A model generated the notes under the pieces. That model saw only the letters and a list, made by a program, of their open reading frames with translations, was not told where the DNA came from and made no database searches. The translations under genes and the position numbers were made by a program. From a virus (taxonomy: Duplodnaviria > Caudoviricetes), in the IMG/VR virus record IMGVR_UViG_3300010399_000043, positions 1 through 56,957 of that record: a DNA stretch of 56,957 nt, one strand, 5' to 3'. Position 1 is the stretch's first letter, and each line of letters begins with the position of its first letter. Shown one piece after another: positions 1-7,800 of this stretch.

Positions 1-412
1 AGTGCTGCGTACGCAGCACTGGGAACACCTTCGCCTCGCTGCCGAGTCCGCAGGACTTCATCCAGGCGGCCGACACCTCGAACTGGGTCTTTTCTTTCAC
101 GTCAACGCCACGCTGGACCTGTTTCGACAGAAGAGCCTGAGCTTCACTCATTGTGTTGCATATGGCCCAGTCCGTGACGGTGCCGCTTCCTTCATTGGTC
201 ATGTCGGCCGGTCCGAGAGCGAACCGGCACGCCTCCTCGAGCCCGTCCCACAACTTGCGAAAACCGGGCATCGCCCTGCACTGGGACAGCGAGCGCCCGG
301 CGCGCGCCTGGAAGAGCTGCATCACTTCCTGCAGCCGCCGCGCCTGCTTTTCACCCAACTCCAGGTCGGCGACCGCGTCGGCAACCTCGTCCATCATCGT
401 TCGCGTTTGCAT
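1..412 (-). CDS. hypothetical protein, partial (runs off left edge; MQTRTMMDEVADAVADLELG...)
   Basis: Translated by hand: ATG at 412 preceded by AGGAGAGAACAG; no stop before position 1; directly downstream of hammerhead HH1. Confidence 0.75.
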   Translation of the reverse strand, partial: MQTRTMMDEVADAVADLELGEKQARRLQEVMQLFQARAGRSLSQCRAMPGFRKLWDGLEEACRFALGPADMTNEGSGTVTDWAICNTMSEAQALLSKQVQRGVDVKEKTQFEVSAAWMKSCGLGSEAKVFPVLRTQH

Positions 413-423
413 CTGTTCTCTCC

Positions 424-489
424 TGGCCTGTCATCATCAGGTGCGCGGGGCCACGTGTGCACGACGCCGCTACCCGCGGCGTTTCGACA
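424..489 (-). ncRNA. type II hammerhead ribozyme HH1
   Basis: Minus strand: UGUC-GAAA-CGCCGC(GGGUA)GCGGCG-UC^GUGCAC(ACGUGGCCCC)GCGCAC-CUGAUGA-U-GACA; tail GGCCA pairs with loop-I UGGCC; predicted cut between 463/462. Confidence 0.92.
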
Positions 490-492
490 TCT

Positions 493-909
493 TCAGAGGA
501 TCGCCACGATCGCCTTGTTTGTCTGGTAGACCTTCTCGGCGAGCGGCAACAAGTCCTCGGCTCCGATCAGCCGCAGGAACCTGACGTGCAGGTGGTGCAC
601 ATGCTCGGGCTTGTCATCACCGAGACCGATCCACGCCTCGTCCTGCGCCAATGCGTGGCGCTCTGCCATCGTAGCACCAGCGATCTGCGCGCTGCCTGCA
701 TACAGCAGGCGATCAAGGTTGAGGTTGATGAAGTAACCCTGCTTGGTTGACCGCCAGAACTCGTCGATCAGCTCGCGCGACTCGACATGCCCCATGCACG
801 CGTCGATGACCTCGCGCGCGTTACCAACGTTCCAGTCCGACAGGGCGACTCCCGCCAAGACGGACTTCGCCATAGCGCACAGTACGACGTCCCGTTGACA
901 CAATTTCAT
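493..909 (-). CDS. hypothetical protein (138 aa)
   Basis: ORF with RBS CCGGAGAGAACCAA-ATG; flanked by HH2 upstream and HH1 downstream. Confidence 0.8.
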   Translation of the reverse strand: MKLCQRDVVLCAMAKSVLAGVALSDWNVGNAREVIDACMGHVESRELIDEFWRSTKQGYFINLNLDRLLYAGSAQIAGATMAERHALAQDEAWIGLGDDKPEHVHHLHVRFLRLIGAEDLLPLAEKVYQTNKAIVAIL

Positions 910-930
910 TTGGTTCTCTCCGGTTCTTTT

Positions 931-994
931 TGATCAGCCTCGTCAGGCGCGGTCGATCAGCTCCGCGCGACCGGGCTCTATGCCCGGTTTCGGC
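931..994 (-). ncRNA. type II hammerhead ribozyme HH2
   Basis: GCC-GAAA-CCGGGC(AUAGA)GCCCGG-UC^GCGCGG(AGCUGAUCGA)CCGCGC-CUGACGA-GGC; tail UGAUCA pairs with loop UGAUCG; cut 969/968. Confidence 0.95.
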
Positions 995-996
995 CT

Positions 997-1167
997 TTAG
1001 ACCTCCAAAATGAGGCAAGCGTCGGTGAGCAGTTTACACACCTCGCGCAGGTCGCCGATGTTGTTCACGCCGGGACCGCAGCCCAAGGCGGTGGGGCGCT
1101 CCGCGGCCTTCTGCAGGCGTGCGAGCAACTGCTCGAACTCGGTCTTCTGCTTTTGTTTTACCGTCAT
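997..1167 (-). CDS. hypothetical protein (56 aa, MTVKQKQKTEFEQLL...)
   Basis: ATG at 1167 with RBS CCGGAGAGAACCAA identical to that of 493-909; lies between HH3 and HH2. Confidence 0.75.
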   Translation of the reverse strand: MTVKQKQKTEFEQLLARLQKAAERPTALGCGPGVNNIGDLREVCKLLTDACLILEV

Positions 1168-1186
1168 TTGGTTCTCTCCGGGGAAA

Positions 1187-1253
1187 CGAGCTGTCATCAT
1201 CAGGACCGGTAGCTCAACTCCGGCCGACAGTGCGCTAGGCGCACTGTTTCGAC
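1187..1253 (-). ncRNA. type II hammerhead ribozyme HH3
   Basis: GUC-GAAA-CAGUGCGC(CUA)GCGCACUG-UC^GGCCGG(AGUUGAGCUA)CCGGUC-CUGAUGA-U-GAC; tail AGCUCG pairs with loop UGAGCU; cut 1226/1225. Confidence 0.95.
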
Positions 1254-1549
1254 TCCTGCGGCAGCATGCGCACGATGTAGAGGGTCTTGCCGATCTCGGC
1301 GGAATATATGTCGGGACCGTCGTCGAGCAGCGGGCCGGCGGCCTGCACGCTCTGCACCAAGCGCAGCACACGCAGGACCATGCGGTCGTCGACGTCGTCG
1401 GGTGTCACCTCGTACCCGCGGTACTTGCTGGCGACCTCGACGTGCGCGGAGTTGTAGGAGTGCTTGCCAGCACATCCGCAGCAGCACTTGCCGGCCCGGC
1501 CAGCGTACACGCTCATGACCTGCTCGGTCTTGACGTCTTGGATGTTCAT
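1235..1549 (-). CDS. hypothetical protein (104 aa, CCCGC motif)
   Basis: ATG at 1549 with RBS AGGAGAGATCAAA; stop codon lies at the stem III loop of HH3. Confidence 0.8.
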   Translation of the reverse strand: MNIQDVKTEQVMSVYAGRAGKCCCGCAGKHSYNSAHVEVASKYRGYEVTPDDVDDRMVLRVLRLVQSVQAAGPLLDDGPDIYSAEIGKTLYIVRMLPQESKQCA

Positions 1550-1562
1550 TTTGATCTCTCCT

Positions 1563-1627
1563 TGACTTGTCATCATCAGGCGCGGCGGGTCAGGTCCGCG
1601 CGACGCCGCTACCCGCGGCGTTTCGAC
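1563..1627 (-). ncRNA. type II hammerhead ribozyme HH4
   Basis: GUC-GAAA-CGCCGC(GGGUA)GCGGCG-UC^GCGCGG(ACCUGACCCG)CCGCGC-CUGAUGA-U-GAC; tail GUCA pairs with loop UGAC; cut 1602/1601. Confidence 0.94.
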
Positions 1628-1797
1628 TTTTTCTCGATGCGGTAGTCGTACTTTTGCTGGAAGTCGAAGTCCTTCTCGTCGGGTACGCCGCCGATGCAGC
1701 GGGTGACAAGGAACCGATAGTTGGCGGAGTGCGCATTCTCAAAGGCTGCGCGCCTCTGCGCACCGGCGAGGGATTTGAAGACCTGCTTGAGAAGCAT
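1609..1797 (-). CDS. hypothetical protein (62 aa, MLLKQVFKSL...)
   Basis: ATG at 1797 after GGGGGAGG; stop at the stem III loop of HH4. Confidence 0.7.
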   Translation of the reverse strand: MLLKQVFKSLAGAQRRAAFENAHSANYRFLVTRCIGGVPDEKDFDFQQKYDYRIEKKSKRRG

Positions 1798-1810
1798 GTC
1801 CGCCTCCCCC

Positions 1811-2035
1811 TCAGTGTTTCGACTTAACGATTTGACGCAACGCATCAAACGCCGACTCACCACAGCTGAACGCCTCCAGGTAATGCCGCAACTCGACAGG
1901 CGTAGAACTGTACACCAAGCGGTCGTGCTCGGCGATGATATGCGTCAGCTCGGCGAGCGCCTGCCGCGGTGCATTGGCAAGGCATTGCGCCAACACGCGG
2001 CGCAGGTCCCTGGTCATTCTCTTTGAGATTGCCAT
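1811..2035 (-). CDS. hypothetical protein (74 aa)
   Basis: ORF in tight operon, GAGGGGG RBS. Confidence 0.7.
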   Translation of the reverse strand: MAISKRMTRDLRRVLAQCLANAPRQALAELTHIIAEHDRLVYSSTPVELRHYLEAFSCGESAFDALRQIVKSKH

Positions 2036-2045
2036 GTTTGCCCCC

Positions 2046-2234
2046 TCAGTGCATCGTGCGCATGGTCTGCTCGAACAGATCCAAGCGCACCTCGTTGCCG
2101 TAGACCTGCAGCAGGGTCCGCCCTTTCAGGTCGACCGTGCTGACGATCACGACGTCACCCCAGCGCTCGTGAACCTCGCGGTAAGCGTTGAGGCCAGCGC
2201 GGCGGAACTCGATGGTGGCGCGATCTGCGTTCAT
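2046..2234 (-). CDS. hypothetical protein (62 aa)
   Basis: RBS CCGGAGAGATCAAA-ATG, directly downstream of HH5. Confidence 0.75.
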   Translation of the reverse strand: MNADRATIEFRRAGLNAYREVHERWGDVVIVSTVDLKGRTLLQVYGNEVRLDLFEQTMRTMH

Positions 2235-2254
2235 TTTGATCTCTCCGGGACTTT

Positions 2255-2322
2255 TGTCCTGTCATCATCAGGCGTCGGGAGGACACCCCGACACGACGCC
2301 GCTTACTCTGCGGCGTTTCGAC
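2255..2322 (-). ncRNA. type II hammerhead ribozyme HH5
   Basis: GUC-GAAA-CGCCGC(AGAGUAA)GCGGCG-UC^GUGUCG(GGGUGUCCUCC)CGACGC-CUGAUGA-U-GAC; tail AGGACA pairs with loop UGUCCU; cut 2295/2294. Confidence 0.95.
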
Positions 2323-2577
2323 TCAGCCGAACCAAAAGACCTCGATCGTATTGAGCAGGGCCTTCGCGATGTCAGCGTGTGACGACGGATCGCAAGCAGC
2401 CGCGAACTCCGCGGCTTTGTCGATCGCCTTTGTGCAGTCTTTGCCACATTCCGAGTCGTGCGGCAACTCTTGGAGCGACTTGCGTTCGGTTCGAGGCAGG
2501 CTGTCGATCTGATGAATGACCGCCTTGCCGAAGGGGGTATCGGTCGTGTGTTTTTCGGTGTACTCGAGGATGTTCAT
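2323..2577 (-). CDS. hypothetical protein (84 aa), first gene of the ribozyme-punctuated operon
   Basis: RBS CGGAGAGATCAAA-ATG; stop abuts HH5. Confidence 0.75.
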   Translation of the reverse strand: MNILEYTEKHTTDTPFGKAVIHQIDSLPRTERKSLQELPHDSECGKDCTKAIDKAAEFAAACDPSSHADIAKALLNTIEVFWFG

Positions 2578-3142
2578 TTTGATCTCTCCGTCGTGCCATC
2601 ATTGCACGCTGATGCAGCGCGCAGGCATTTGCGCCGCACGTTGCATCGACTTGCAATGCGTAATTGGGAGAGAAATTTCGCGATCGGGATTCGCGCATGT
2701 CGCACACATGCGCTTGCCGCGGGGCCGGGTGCTGCCACCCACGGAGTCCTGTGCGCCTGTTTCAGGCATGCCTACAGATGAGGCAATGCGCGGGACTCCG
2801 CTTGTCCCTCGACCTGCCGGGGGTTCACTCCTGCTACCTCGGCCGCTGATGGGCGCTCGCAGGAGTTCTGCCGGTGGGGCTGCGGAGGCGGGATGTCCCA
2901 ATTTCGAGGCTGGGGCCCGCCACCGGGCCTTCGCTGTCGCACAGGGGGCTCCGGGGAGCGCGGCCCCTGTTAGGGGGCCGTTGCGGGGCGCTTGCCTGCG
3001 CGACAGGCAAAGTCATCATAACGCCAACTATACTAATGTAAATCGCCGATCGACAGGGTCATCCCTTACGGGATAGTACGTATGCCAGATCAGGACCCCC
3101 GCATGTCGGCACATGTCGGCGTCCGCAGGCACGCCTCGCTGT

Positions 3143-3450
3143 GCCTCGCCACGGCGCCCTGGGTGGGCAAGGGGTGGCGTGCCGTGCGCTGCATGCAATC
3201 ATCCATGGGGCCCCCGAAAACCCTCCCCAGGCCTCCCCCAGGTTGCGGTTTTTCCGGCGAAGGAGAGGCAAGGGGTGGCGTTACGCTCAGATCGGGCATT
3301 TTCCGCACATTTCCGCACACGCCACCCCTTGCCTCTCCTAGACGACCTCCGTAACGCCACCTGTTGCAAAAATGCAACATGCCTCGCCACGCCGCTAGGA
3401 GAGGCAAGGGGTGGCGTGTACTCCTCCAGGCGAAATCATCCATGGGCGTC
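3143..3450. repeat. cluster of direct and inverted GGCAAGGGGTGGCGT repeats in a non-coding region
   Basis: Copies at 3166-3180, 3261-3281, 3317-3341 (inverted) and 3395-3419; 21-bp and 25-bp perfect inverted pairs; palindrome TGTTGCA-N4-TGCAACA at 3362-3379. Confidence 0.85.
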
Positions 3451-3558
3451 CCGAATGACGCGTCAGGGAGGCCCCTAGAGGGACCGTTTTCGCCCGTAGG
3501 CGGTTGTCGCATGCAACTTTCCCGCCGGACGCCCGATTTTCCGTTTGAACAGACGTTT

Positions 3559-5139
3559 TTACAGTAGGTCCACTTTTCCGTTCACGATCGCACGAAACAA
3601 ATCTTCCGAAGATTTGTAGGAGTCCAAAATTTGTTGATCGACGGTGCCTTTAACAACAAAGTCGTAGATGAATACCCGGTCGTGCTTGGACTCCTGCCGC
3701 ACAACGCGCGCGCGCGACTGCTTGCGCTTTATCACCGACACCGGCGCTTCATAGTACATCACGTAGCGCGCCACCTGCAGGTTGAGGCCCATCGACCCCG
3801 CCTTGTTATTGATGATCTGCACCCTGCAGTTAGGGTCCTTGTCGAACCGCGCGAGCTCGGCACCCGCGTCCTTCGTCCCACCGTACAACCGCGCGTAGCC
3901 GATGTTCATGTCGTCGAGCGCTGCGGCGATCTTGTTTCCTGAGTACGTGTACTCGTGAAAGATCACGATCTTGTACTCGTGCGGGATCGTCTCGATCGTC
4001 GCCAGCATCAGGTCTAGCTTGGGTTGTGCGTCGAGCACCGTCAGCTGACGCTCGCGGGTCTCGACGTCGCGGAACCCGACGAAGCCCGAGGAGATCTGCC
4101 GCATGCGGAGAAACAGGTTCTTCGACTCCTGCCAGTCGCCGCGCGCGGCGATCAGCGCGTCGCGCGCCCTGTCGTATATGCCGCGTGCTGCACGAGGCAG
4201 CGTCACGTATTTGATGATCTCGGTGGCACGAGGCAGGTCGATGTCCTTCGCGCGATAGCGCAGCACCCGGTTCGCGAGCACCCGGTGCAGCTCCGCCTTC
4301 TTGCTGGTACGAAAGGTGTACTCATAGCCACCCCACCCGTTCTCCTTTTCCGAGAAGAACGCCGCGCGAAACAGTCCGAGAGTCTCACCTAACGTCTCAC
4401 CCAGGTCGATCAGGTACAACTGCGACCACAGATCCTCGGGGTCGTCGCCGAAGGGTGTTCCCGACATCCCGAGTACGACGTGGGCGCGCAGGGAGATCTG
4501 CCGGCAGATACGAAACGGCAGCGTCTTCTTGTTCTTGACCTCGGTCGACTCGTCGATGACAAGGCCGTCGACGGCCGCGACCAGCTTGCGCACCCGCGAC
4601 ACCACCGGGCGCAGCTTCATAACGACCTTGCCCCGGCGCATGACGACCTTGCGCTTCTTTTTGAGGGGCTTGAGCGCACTGACCATGCGGACAAGGCCGC
4701 CCACCGTCTCGACGATGAACAGGGCCTCGGTCGCGGCGAGCGCTGCCCACTTCTGCTCGGTCGTACCCTTCAGGACGAGGCACCCGGCCCGCGGACTGTG
4801 CTTCGCCACCTCGCGCGCCCATTCGAACTTGTTGGGCTTGTTTGGAACGATGATAAGCCAGCGCTTCGCCTTGCCCATCGCCTGAAAGTAGCGGCCGGCG
4901 GCGATCGCGAGCATCGTCTTGCCGGTGCCGGTGTCGGAGTGGACAGCGACGCGCAACAGCTCCGCGATCGCGATCAGTCCAGCGCGCTGGTGCCGGCGAA
5001 GACGCTTCCAGATGGGTGGGCGTGTAGGCAGGGCCTTGCGCCTCGACAGGAGCTGCCCCTCAGTCAAACGCAGGTACTCGCGGCAGTCACGCCGCGATCT
5101 CTCCAGGTAGCGACGCACCGCCGCCTTGGGTATCAGCAT
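3559..5139 (-). CDS. SNF2/SF2-family helicase
   Basis: Walker A DTGTGKT, VIDES, MSGTP, GSMGLNLQ and QSRARVVR motifs. Confidence 0.9.
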   Translation of the reverse strand: MLIPKAAVRRYLERSRRDCREYLRLTEGQLLSRRKALPTRPPIWKRLRRHQRAGLIAIAELLRVAVHSDTGTGKTMLAIAAGRYFQAMGKAKRWLIIVPNKPNKFEWAREVAKHSPRAGCLVLKGTTEQKWAALAATEALFIVETVGGLVRMVSALKPLKKKRKVVMRRGKVVMKLRPVVSRVRKLVAAVDGLVIDESTEVKNKKTLPFRICRQISLRAHVVLGMSGTPFGDDPEDLWSQLYLIDLGETLGETLGLFRAAFFSEKENGWGGYEYTFRTSKKAELHRVLANRVLRYRAKDIDLPRATEIIKYVTLPRAARGIYDRARDALIAARGDWQESKNLFLRMRQISSGFVGFRDVETRERQLTVLDAQPKLDLMLATIETIPHEYKIVIFHEYTYSGNKIAAALDDMNIGYARLYGGTKDAGAELARFDKDPNCRVQIINNKAGSMGLNLQVARYVMYYEAPVSVIKRKQSRARVVRQESKHDRVFIYDFVVKGTVDQQILDSYKSSEDLFRAIVNGKVDLL

Positions 5140-5152
5140 CCAGGCACCTGCC

Positions 5153-5452
5153 TCAGTCTGGTGACGGCGACCGCGCAGCGGCCCTCCTCCGCCTTCTCCT
5201 GCATACCGGGCAGATGCGCGAGGCCCCTCCGCGCTTCTTCAACCGCACCTCCAGGCCGAAGTCCGCCGCGGGCCAGATGCGCGTAAGGATCATCAGGCAG
5301 CCGGCACGCTTCGCATGCCTGGTGAGATTGGCACCCCGCCCTGTTAGATGGTCACGCAGGCGCCGGGCGAGGCTGTTGCGCGTAACGCCGATGTAGTGCT
5401 GCGCATGCTTGAACGGCGGGTCGAAGTGCAGCAGGTAGACGATTCGGCTCAC
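5153..5452 (-). CDS. GIY-YIG nuclease
   Basis: IVYLLHF...HYIGVT...RRLRDH motif. Confidence 0.8.
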   Translation of the reverse strand: MSRIVYLLHFDPPFKHAQHYIGVTRNSLARRLRDHLTGRGANLTRHAKRAGCLMILTRIWPAADFGLEVRLKKRGGASRICPVCRRRRRRAAARSPSPD

Positions 5453-5697
5453 AGCGGGACCTTCCTGCGCTTCTTCCCAGCACGCGCTATCTGCCCACGA
5501 AGTTTGAGCTGCCCCCGCTCGTGCAGAATCTTGACAGCCTGCATCCGCCTCTGCATCTCCGCAAAGAAGGCGTCGTCATCCTCCGACCTAAGCGAGGCAG
5601 GGAAGTCGAAGGTGAGCAGTCGTGTCGGTACGTTGGCCGAGGCGGCCAGCACCTCGATCACGTCGTCACGTGACCTACCCATTATCCTCGTCGCCAT
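5449..5697 (-). CDS. hypothetical protein
   Basis: ORF overlapping both neighbours in the operon. Confidence 0.6.
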   Translation of the reverse strand: MATRIMGRSRDDVIEVLAASANVPTRLLTFDFPASLRSEDDDAFFAEMQRRMQAVKILHERGQLKLRGQIARAGKKRRKVPL

Positions 5698-7126
5698 CGC
5701 TGCTCTCCTCTCCGTACTCCTCCCGTGCCTTGTCGAGGAAGTCGAAGTACTTTTTGGGCATCATGACAGAGTCGAGGCAGAACTGACCCATGGCGTAGTT
5801 CTGCGTGATCAGGGCTACCCAGTGGTCTTTCTCGTTGCGCGCCTTGTTGATAAACAGCCGTGCAAGGCCGAGCTGCGTCTCGGCGTCGGTTGCTGTGTAG
5901 GTCACCACTACCTCGGCCGTGTGGATCAGTGACCAGTCCTCAGCGACGTGGGTGCTGCGGGTCATCAAAGACGCGGCACCCTCACGCGACACCTGATGGG
6001 AGGCCCACAACGCGTGCGAACGCTCGATCGCCAGCCCGCAGATGTCCTCAAAGTTGCGGCCGAGGTCGATGCGATGTCGTGCCGGGTCCGTCTTCATCAG
6101 GCCGATGTTCTCGACGATGACCAGGTCCGGGATGAAATGCTCCACGACCTCCAGGTTGTCGAGGTAGGCTCGCAGCTTGGCGCCTGTCAATGTGCGCATA
6201 GGGAAGCGTACGATGATTAGGTTGTTCAGCCGCGTGCCGACCGCCTGCGCGTGTGCCTCCAGTTCGACGGCGAGATGGGGGGAAGCGAAGGTCCAGTCCG
6301 ACTGTACCTCGTCGCGCTGCAGTGTGTCGAGGCGACCCAACCTGTCGCGACCCAGGATCGTTATCCCGACTTTTTCCTCACGTTTGGATGCACCGAATAA
6401 GCGCTGGTAGTACCGCTGCGCGATCAACTCCGGTGCCATCTCTTGGCACACGTGCAGCACCTTCTTGCGATCCAGCACAGCCTGCGTCCCGACCTGCACC
6501 GCGGCGTGGGTCTTACCAGCACCGGCGGGCGCGATGAAGAGGAACGGCGAGCCGCGGTAGGGCACGATGAAGTTGTCGTCCAGGACCTTGATGCCTGTTG
6601 TAAACTCGGAGTACTGCACGTCCAGGTACTGCACGACCCGCGCTGTATCGGACAGGCGCAGTCCGGGCTCGTGGTCGATCTGGCGGGCCGACAGGATATC
6701 GTTCCAGATCTTCTCCACCTCCTCGATCGCCATCTCCTGATGGCCGGCGAACTTGGTCGACGACTCCATGATCGCCTGCTTGAGCCGCTGCATCCGGATG
6801 AACTTGCGGATCTCGCCCAGCACGTAGGTCGTGTTGACAGCCCCCGCGAGCTCGAGCATCTGCGCGAGGATGCGGTGGTAGGTGTGGGCCTTGCGATTGT
6901 TCGGGTCCTCCAGGATGTCGGCAACCAGGTCGACGACATGCGCCTTCGGCGCCTCTCGGCACTTCTCCCAAAAGTCGAGGCAACGTTCCGCGATCACGCG
7001 GTAATCACCCTCAAATAGTTCCGGTGAGACGAGCCCGGCGACGATCTTGCCGTTCACGTCGTCATGCGACAAAATTGTGAGCAAGTTTTCCTGAAGTGCT
7101 CCGGTCGGCCGTACTCCTGACACCAT
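5675..7126 (-). CDS. DnaB-like replicative helicase
   Basis: APAGAGKT Walker A, LHVCQEM, SHQVSR, VAED and KARN motifs. Confidence 0.85.
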   Translation of the reverse strand: MVSGVRPTGALQENLLTILSHDDVNGKIVAGLVSPELFEGDYRVIAERCLDFWEKCREAPKAHVVDLVADILEDPNNRKAHTYHRILAQMLELAGAVNTTYVLGEIRKFIRMQRLKQAIMESSTKFAGHQEMAIEEVEKIWNDILSARQIDHEPGLRLSDTARVVQYLDVQYSEFTTGIKVLDDNFIVPYRGSPFLFIAPAGAGKTHAAVQVGTQAVLDRKKVLHVCQEMAPELIAQRYYQRLFGASKREEKVGITILGRDRLGRLDTLQRDEVQSDWTFASPHLAVELEAHAQAVGTRLNNLIIVRFPMRTLTGAKLRAYLDNLEVVEHFIPDLVIVENIGLMKTDPARHRIDLGRNFEDICGLAIERSHALWASHQVSREGAASLMTRSTHVAEDWSLIHTAEVVVTYTATDAETQLGLARLFINKARNEKDHWVALITQNYAMGQFCLDSVMMPKKYFDFLDKAREEYGEESSDGDEDNG

Positions 7127-7129
7127 GTC

Positions 7130-7300
7130 TCAACACCCCGGGCAGCGGTGGGTCCACTCATCTGGACCGACCTTGCGCGCTGCCCAACCCTCTGCCCGAA
7201 GCTTCTCCTGCGCTACCGTGAAGTCCTCGGTGTTGGTCGCCAGAACCTCGTCGCAGCCGTCACACTGGAACACGATGTTACCGTACTCGCGTGTCAGCAC
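7130..7300 (-). CDS. small zinc-binding protein (CDGC...CPGC)
   Basis: GTG start at 7300 after GGAGAAGGAG; two CxxC pairs. Confidence 0.65.
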   Translation of the reverse strand: MLTREYGNIVFQCDGCDEVLATNTEDFTVAQEKLRAEGWAARKVGPDEWTHRCPGC

Positions 7301-7800
7301 TTTTTGTGCTCCTTCTCCCATCGCGCGACCAGCGCCCGACCGCGCGGGGTGTTCCACTCGGGCGCGATGTCCCGTTTGGACTGCCCGATGTTCGGTTTGC
7401 AGCCGAATGAGGTGCGGCACATGACGGGCTTGAACCCGCTGTCGTGGATCTCGCACCTGCCCTCGGTCGTCAGGTAGGTGCATACCATGGGGTTGACGTC
7501 GCCCATCATCATGGACAGGAAAGTGAGGCCTGCGGACAGCTCGGCGTTGTCAGGTGCGTCCTTCCCCTCACGCAGCACGTCCGCGGGGCACAGGACATAG
7601 ATGCGCTCTGTGTTGCCCACCTTGCGGTCGGGTTCGAGCCAGTCACGCATGAGCCTGCCCCCCGCGCCCGCGGCGATCGCGGCCTCCGCTTCCCCGACCG
7701 ACATCCAGCCCGGGTAGGTCCGGCAGCGCTCCACGCATCGGGAGCAGGTGCAGTCCTTTTTCTGGGTGGACCGCGGCTTCTTTGTTTTAGCGGTGGGCAT
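7294..7800 (-). CDS. YkgJ-like (CxxCxxCC) cysteine-cluster protein
   Basis: CTCSRCVERC and CTYLTTEGRCEIH...KPVMCRTSF motifs. Confidence 0.7.
   Translation of the reverse strand: MPTAKTKKPRSTQKKDCTCSRCVERCRTYPGWMSVGEAEAAIAAGAGGRLMRDWLEPDRKVGNTERIYVLCPADVLREGKDAPDNAELSAGLTFLSMMMGDVNPMVCTYLTTEGRCEIHDSGFKPVMCRTSFGCKPNIGQSKRDIAPEWNTPRGRALVARWEKEHKKC

Noticed and set aside
1-20. Perfect 20-bp palindrome AGTGCTGCGTACGCAGCACT at the window edge
   Set aside because: It sits in a reading frame at the boundary; chance, assembly fold-back and function cannot be told apart without flanking sequence
55-130. Possible sixth hammerhead (GUCGAAAC...CUGGAUGA on the minus strand)
   Set aside because: Lies inside an ORF, the core is not CUGANGA, and stems I and III do not form convincingly
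1800-1825. GUCGAAAC at the end of ORF 1811-2035 as a ribozyme
   Set aside because: No stem III, cleavage triplet or CUGANGA follows; at most a relic
424-2322. Repeats read as a CRISPR array or as simple terminators
   Set aside because: Spacing is irregular (257-693 nt), the intervals are whole ORFs, there are no U tracts or cas genes, and the hammerhead core explains the conserved bases
2516-3567. Many overlapping 60-190 aa ORFs
   Set aside because: Pro/Arg/Gly-rich translations of GC-rich repeats, with no RBS or recognisable motif
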